Origin: Monocercomonoides exilis PA203
Lineage: Eukaryota; Protista; Preaxostyla
Assembly: GCA_001643675.2 (NCBI GenBank)
Contig: LSRY02000013.1
Span: 434,001 to 498,000, forward strand
Direction: 5' to 3'
Length of the DNA stretch: 64,000 nt
Position 1 is the first letter of the stretch; each line of letters begins with the position of its first letter. The notes beneath the pieces are model-generated. The model was not told the origin of the DNA and made no database searches. It was given only the letters and a program-made list of their open reading frames with translations. The position numbers were made by a program, and so were the translations under genes. Below, in pieces: positions 61,801 to 64,000 of this stretch.

Positions 61801-64000
61801 CAAATATGAATTCGCTCCTAAACACATACACTCTCCCCAACAGATCCTCTTCATCCCCATAATCATCTGATGTGCACCCCCATATCGCCATCTCCCTCAC
61901 AAATGGCTCCCCGAAATTTATCAGGAACTGTGACTCACTTATCTGCGAGTCAAGGTCTGTGCACTTCACAAACACATCCCTCCCTTTCGATGCAACATTC
62001 TCTTTGAATGTGATGTTCGACAGCACAAATGGCAATGCCTTCTGAGTTGCACTCTGTGATTTCAAAAACAGTCCTCCGCCTCTCCCAATGTTCGAACAGA
62101 AACACTCTGTCACATTCGTGTGATTCATTTCCAATCTCCCCCTTTCATTGAAAAGGAAAAACACTCCTCCTCCTTCATTCGAATTTGTTGATCCACAGCC
62201 ATCAATTGTTGAGTTCTCCATTTTCAGTCTCACTACGTTCGGCACATAACAGAAAAGAAATGAAGGGTTGTTTGACGCACTTTGCTTCACATTCATGAAC
62301 GTGCATTGTTCAAACAGAATGTTCCACACTTCTTCTGCATTTTCATTCCCAACTCCAGGAATCACACCTTCACTCATCGCAATTGCACTTTTCCCACTCA
62401 ATGCAATTTCCTCAAATATTATTTCGCTCATTGACACCACACAGTCAGCTGATATCCTCAAAATCTCGTGCATCGTTGAGAATCCAGCTATTTCTATCTT
62501 TTCAATAGAAACAATTCCTTTCAATGCACTGATCAGGACAAATGACACCTCACTTTCAGCATTGCCAATTGTGTGAATCGAACAGCTCACAACACTCGTT
62601 TTGATTGCTTCTGATCCTGTCTGAATAAGGATGTTTGCTCCGTTGTCAAAGGCACTGGGGATCAGAATCCCCAATTCACTGAAGTGAACAACCCCTTTGC
62701 ACTCAACAACAGCATCTCCGTCCCCTTCAATTGTTTGAGCAAATCGTATTTTATCTGACTCCCCATTTGTTCCTTCCACCTTCATCCCACTCACACTCAT
62801 TTCACTCCTCACATCACAATTCCCCTGAACTGTAATCGATTCAATCCCTAAGTCACTCCCTCGCTTCACCCCATAATCAACCGATCCACATGGATACTCC
62901 AACAGTCCACACACAATCACATTGTTTCCTCCTCTTGCAACAAGCACACTAGTACCAATATCTTTCCAGAAATAGATCAGTGGGATTGCACATTCCTTGT
63001 TTCCTCCATCATACCCTCTCATTGAGTCTTCATTCAGCTTCTCCAGTCTATCTCTCACAAATGGCAATGTTTCGTTCTTTACACTCTTGGCAAGTGATGG
63101 AGATGAAATGAACAGATCCTTCCCATATTTCGCATCGTTTGGCTTCTCAGATGAAAAAACAGGTGAGGATATCACAAACCCTGCTTTTCCTTCTTCTTCT
63201 TCTTTCAGTATCTTCAGCATTATTCCTCCTCCATATCCAACACTTCCCTCTTCATATGGTGCTGTGCAACAATAAAACGAACATCCATTAATTATGAGAT
63301 TCGTTTTCGAAGATGCCTCACAAAAGAGTGCTCCTCCCCCACACTCTTCTTCCTCTCCAACGACAGCACATCCTTCGAATGTGCAGTCATTTATTTCCAC
63401 TTTGTAATCTTTTCCATCATTATCATCCCCATTGTTTGCAATGCTGATGCATCCTCCACTTCCCTTCGAACGAGTGATCGATGAAAATGTGCATCCTGAC
63501 ATCTCTTCAATAATCCCCTCGTGGCACTCAACTACACATCCATCGCTGAATGTGATTTTTCCGAAATTGCTGTTCGTCATATTCATCGAAGGCACACTTT
63601 CAGCATTCCCTTCAACAACGAATATCAATGAACACCATTTGACAGCACTCTCTGACGCAAACTCACTCACTTCCACTACCCCTCCAACAGCCTTCACAAA
63701 CACAGTCGAAATAGGCTCAGTGCCTCCTTCCATCCCACATCCATTCAGTGTGAGCTTCCCTGAATGGCACTCAAACACACTTTCATGAAAGGTCAGAGAT
63801 TTCTTCAAAGAAAATACAATACCAGTCACAGACACAGAAACTGTGATTTCAATCAATCCACTTTGAGCTCCCACTTTCAGATCAGAAACATCACATTTCA
63901 TCTTATCCTCTTTGGATGCAATGCTCCATTCATTCGAAGTCAACTCCAATTCTTCCTCAAAGACAAATGGCTCAAGAAGAGCAACATCCTTTTTCTTCCC
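58892..64000 (-). CDS. Large transmembrane receptor-like pseudokinase (>1685 aa, 5' end beyond window); paralog of the Merlin cargo
   Basis: Repetitive Cys-rich ectodomain (GGG..F, F..C, G.N...CG....C.S...G repeats), TM ...LAVRWRK, LRWKAPE...SVVFSIGMMLWECLT; no intron seen in the window. Confidence 0.85.
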   Translation of the reverse strand, partial: GKKKDVALLEPFVFEEELELTSNEWSIASKEDKMKCDVSDLKVGAQSGLIEITVSVSVTGIVFSLKKSLTFHESVFECHSGKLTLNGCGMEGGTEPISTVFVKAVGGVVEVSEFASESAVKWCSLIFVVEGNAESVPSMNMTNSNFGKITFSDGCVVECHEGIIEEMSGCTFSSITRSKGSGGCISIANNGDDNDGKDYKVEINDCTFEGCAVVGEEEECGGGALFCEASSKTNLIINGCSFYCCTAPYEEGSVGYGGGIMLKILKEEEEGKAGFVISSPVFSSEKPNDAKYGKDLFISSPSLAKSVKNETLPFVRDRLEKLNEDSMRGYDGGNKECAIPLIYFWKDIGTSVLVARGGNNVIVCGLLEYPCGSVDYGVKRGSDLGIESITVQGNCDVRSEMSVSGMKVEGTNGESDKIRFAQTIEGDGDAVVECKGVVHFSELGILIPSAFDNGANILIQTGSEAIKTSVVSCSIHTIGNAESEVSFVLISALKGIVSIEKIEIAGFSTMHEILRISADCVVSMSEIIFEEIALSGKSAIAMSEGVIPGVGNENAEEVWNILFEQCTFMNVKQSASNNPSFLFCYVPNVVRLKMENSTIDGCGSTNSNEGGGVFFLFNERGRLEMNHTNVTECFCSNIGRGGGLFLKSQSATQKALPFVLSNITFKENVASKGRDVFVKCTDLDSQISESQFLINFGEPFVREMAIWGCTSDDYGDEEDLLGRVYVFRSEFIFVSSIAGNNSNSKNCGEMKGACSSLNVGVSHIIPSDYSLLFVWNETELTGSCSAEKVTIKSMETSRNAEIKVNEIDLADEGVVMASESVRIEKLLFVFEEMRNVVCSCLIHQLNGSLILESVSFLSESGSMENSHPLFDFSLIVVENGLLEAEKCSVWHLKFSKPVFMILHSERATFEDVGVDDVECKSSLIECGKSEEMSISKLAATNIELEERSLISLENSHSSLVLSLVLSSFTNISRSSDGSCIVCSSQPMSGFEMCNCSFHECTSESPKGSQVAITLSQEILMESCVFEGNLVSETKRNEISDEVCRWNGSVVALSKSEAVVRDIMICNSSKGGLTVKGGSLMIEKGEFMNNNPLNSKYPSLRRNIICSDSASLNVMSLKGGDGQEKNSSLWILNEGCLFEGIVSEKVSPFFFPVLESVEAKEKGEEMEVVFKGKLFLPCNLSFMIVKQMGDEKQIEKFAFDESGYVSETKVEGRLAREAISEAEDEAEVKVSILFGDADKQLSTDSFILKNKSESQTSRDERIAERGKEGKSSWALIVIIMAIVLLIVLIVSVILAVRWRKAKNEAEDLREIVNDNIRKDPKAFEMVTMEMSPEEQWRRAEKEAEKKNEERTKKRVYAKSLQHSESSEHLLAESGSTEYILGKDSDKIPEWALEKVEEEEIRKRSPSPSISSTSSTDTSDTESSFVRREDLCPTTSSMSNLVDAIACSSPHEKLIVDLRDSLFMLLHGKNKTKEMAIGTLEEREMTAAQILFWVANLALHSFDEMENKLQSLSNLSPHIVLFSEHMVICIVMHSDLLSDDSDSSSISSSTVVTSASDDDESDSLPSSAFEDEDSFKKECLRWKAPELLINKNMGATKKSVVFSIGMMLWECLTLHIPFGEYESVIAGDKIAKGEALSMCRNTPSTFSLVVSECLSFQPSNRPSLVSISREFFQKFPESAKLPTMTDALFTNQQSAISRNSCCSY

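Overview
AT-rich, intron-rich eukaryotic DNA in the standard genetic code. The gene families suggest an oxymonad/metamonad gut protist, most likely Monocercomonoides (recognition only, no search run). Bases 1-7.8 kb hold compact housekeeping genes: the 3' end of an ERG8-type phosphomevalonate kinase, a TPR protein, cathepsin B, adjacent 20S proteasome alpha5 and alpha1 subunits, and DNAL4. Bases 12-47 kb are a nested mobile-element zone. The main find is a 9.83-kb Merlin/IS1595(ISXO2)-type DNA transposon (16545-26374). It has a 9-bp TSD (AATGAAAAA), splits a MITE, and has ~3.7-kb near-identical inverted arms. Each arm carries a copy of the host's expanded transmembrane receptor-pseudokinase family, pointing inward at a nearly intact central transposase. 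The zone also holds a structurally complete DIRS tyrosine-recombinase retrotransposon (ITRs, ICR, TTG crossover core, ~62 x 36-bp coding minisatellite between gag and pol) inserted in a host multigene-family pseudogene. Further elements are two MITE families, a foldback element, a 1-kb palindrome, and an inverted MITE pair bracketing a dead transposase. The right part has an IQCH-like pseudogene, an intronless bacterial-type GT-D glycosyltransferase facing a decayed capsule-synthesis-type glycosyltransferase, and a long paralog of the receptor-pseudokinase family.
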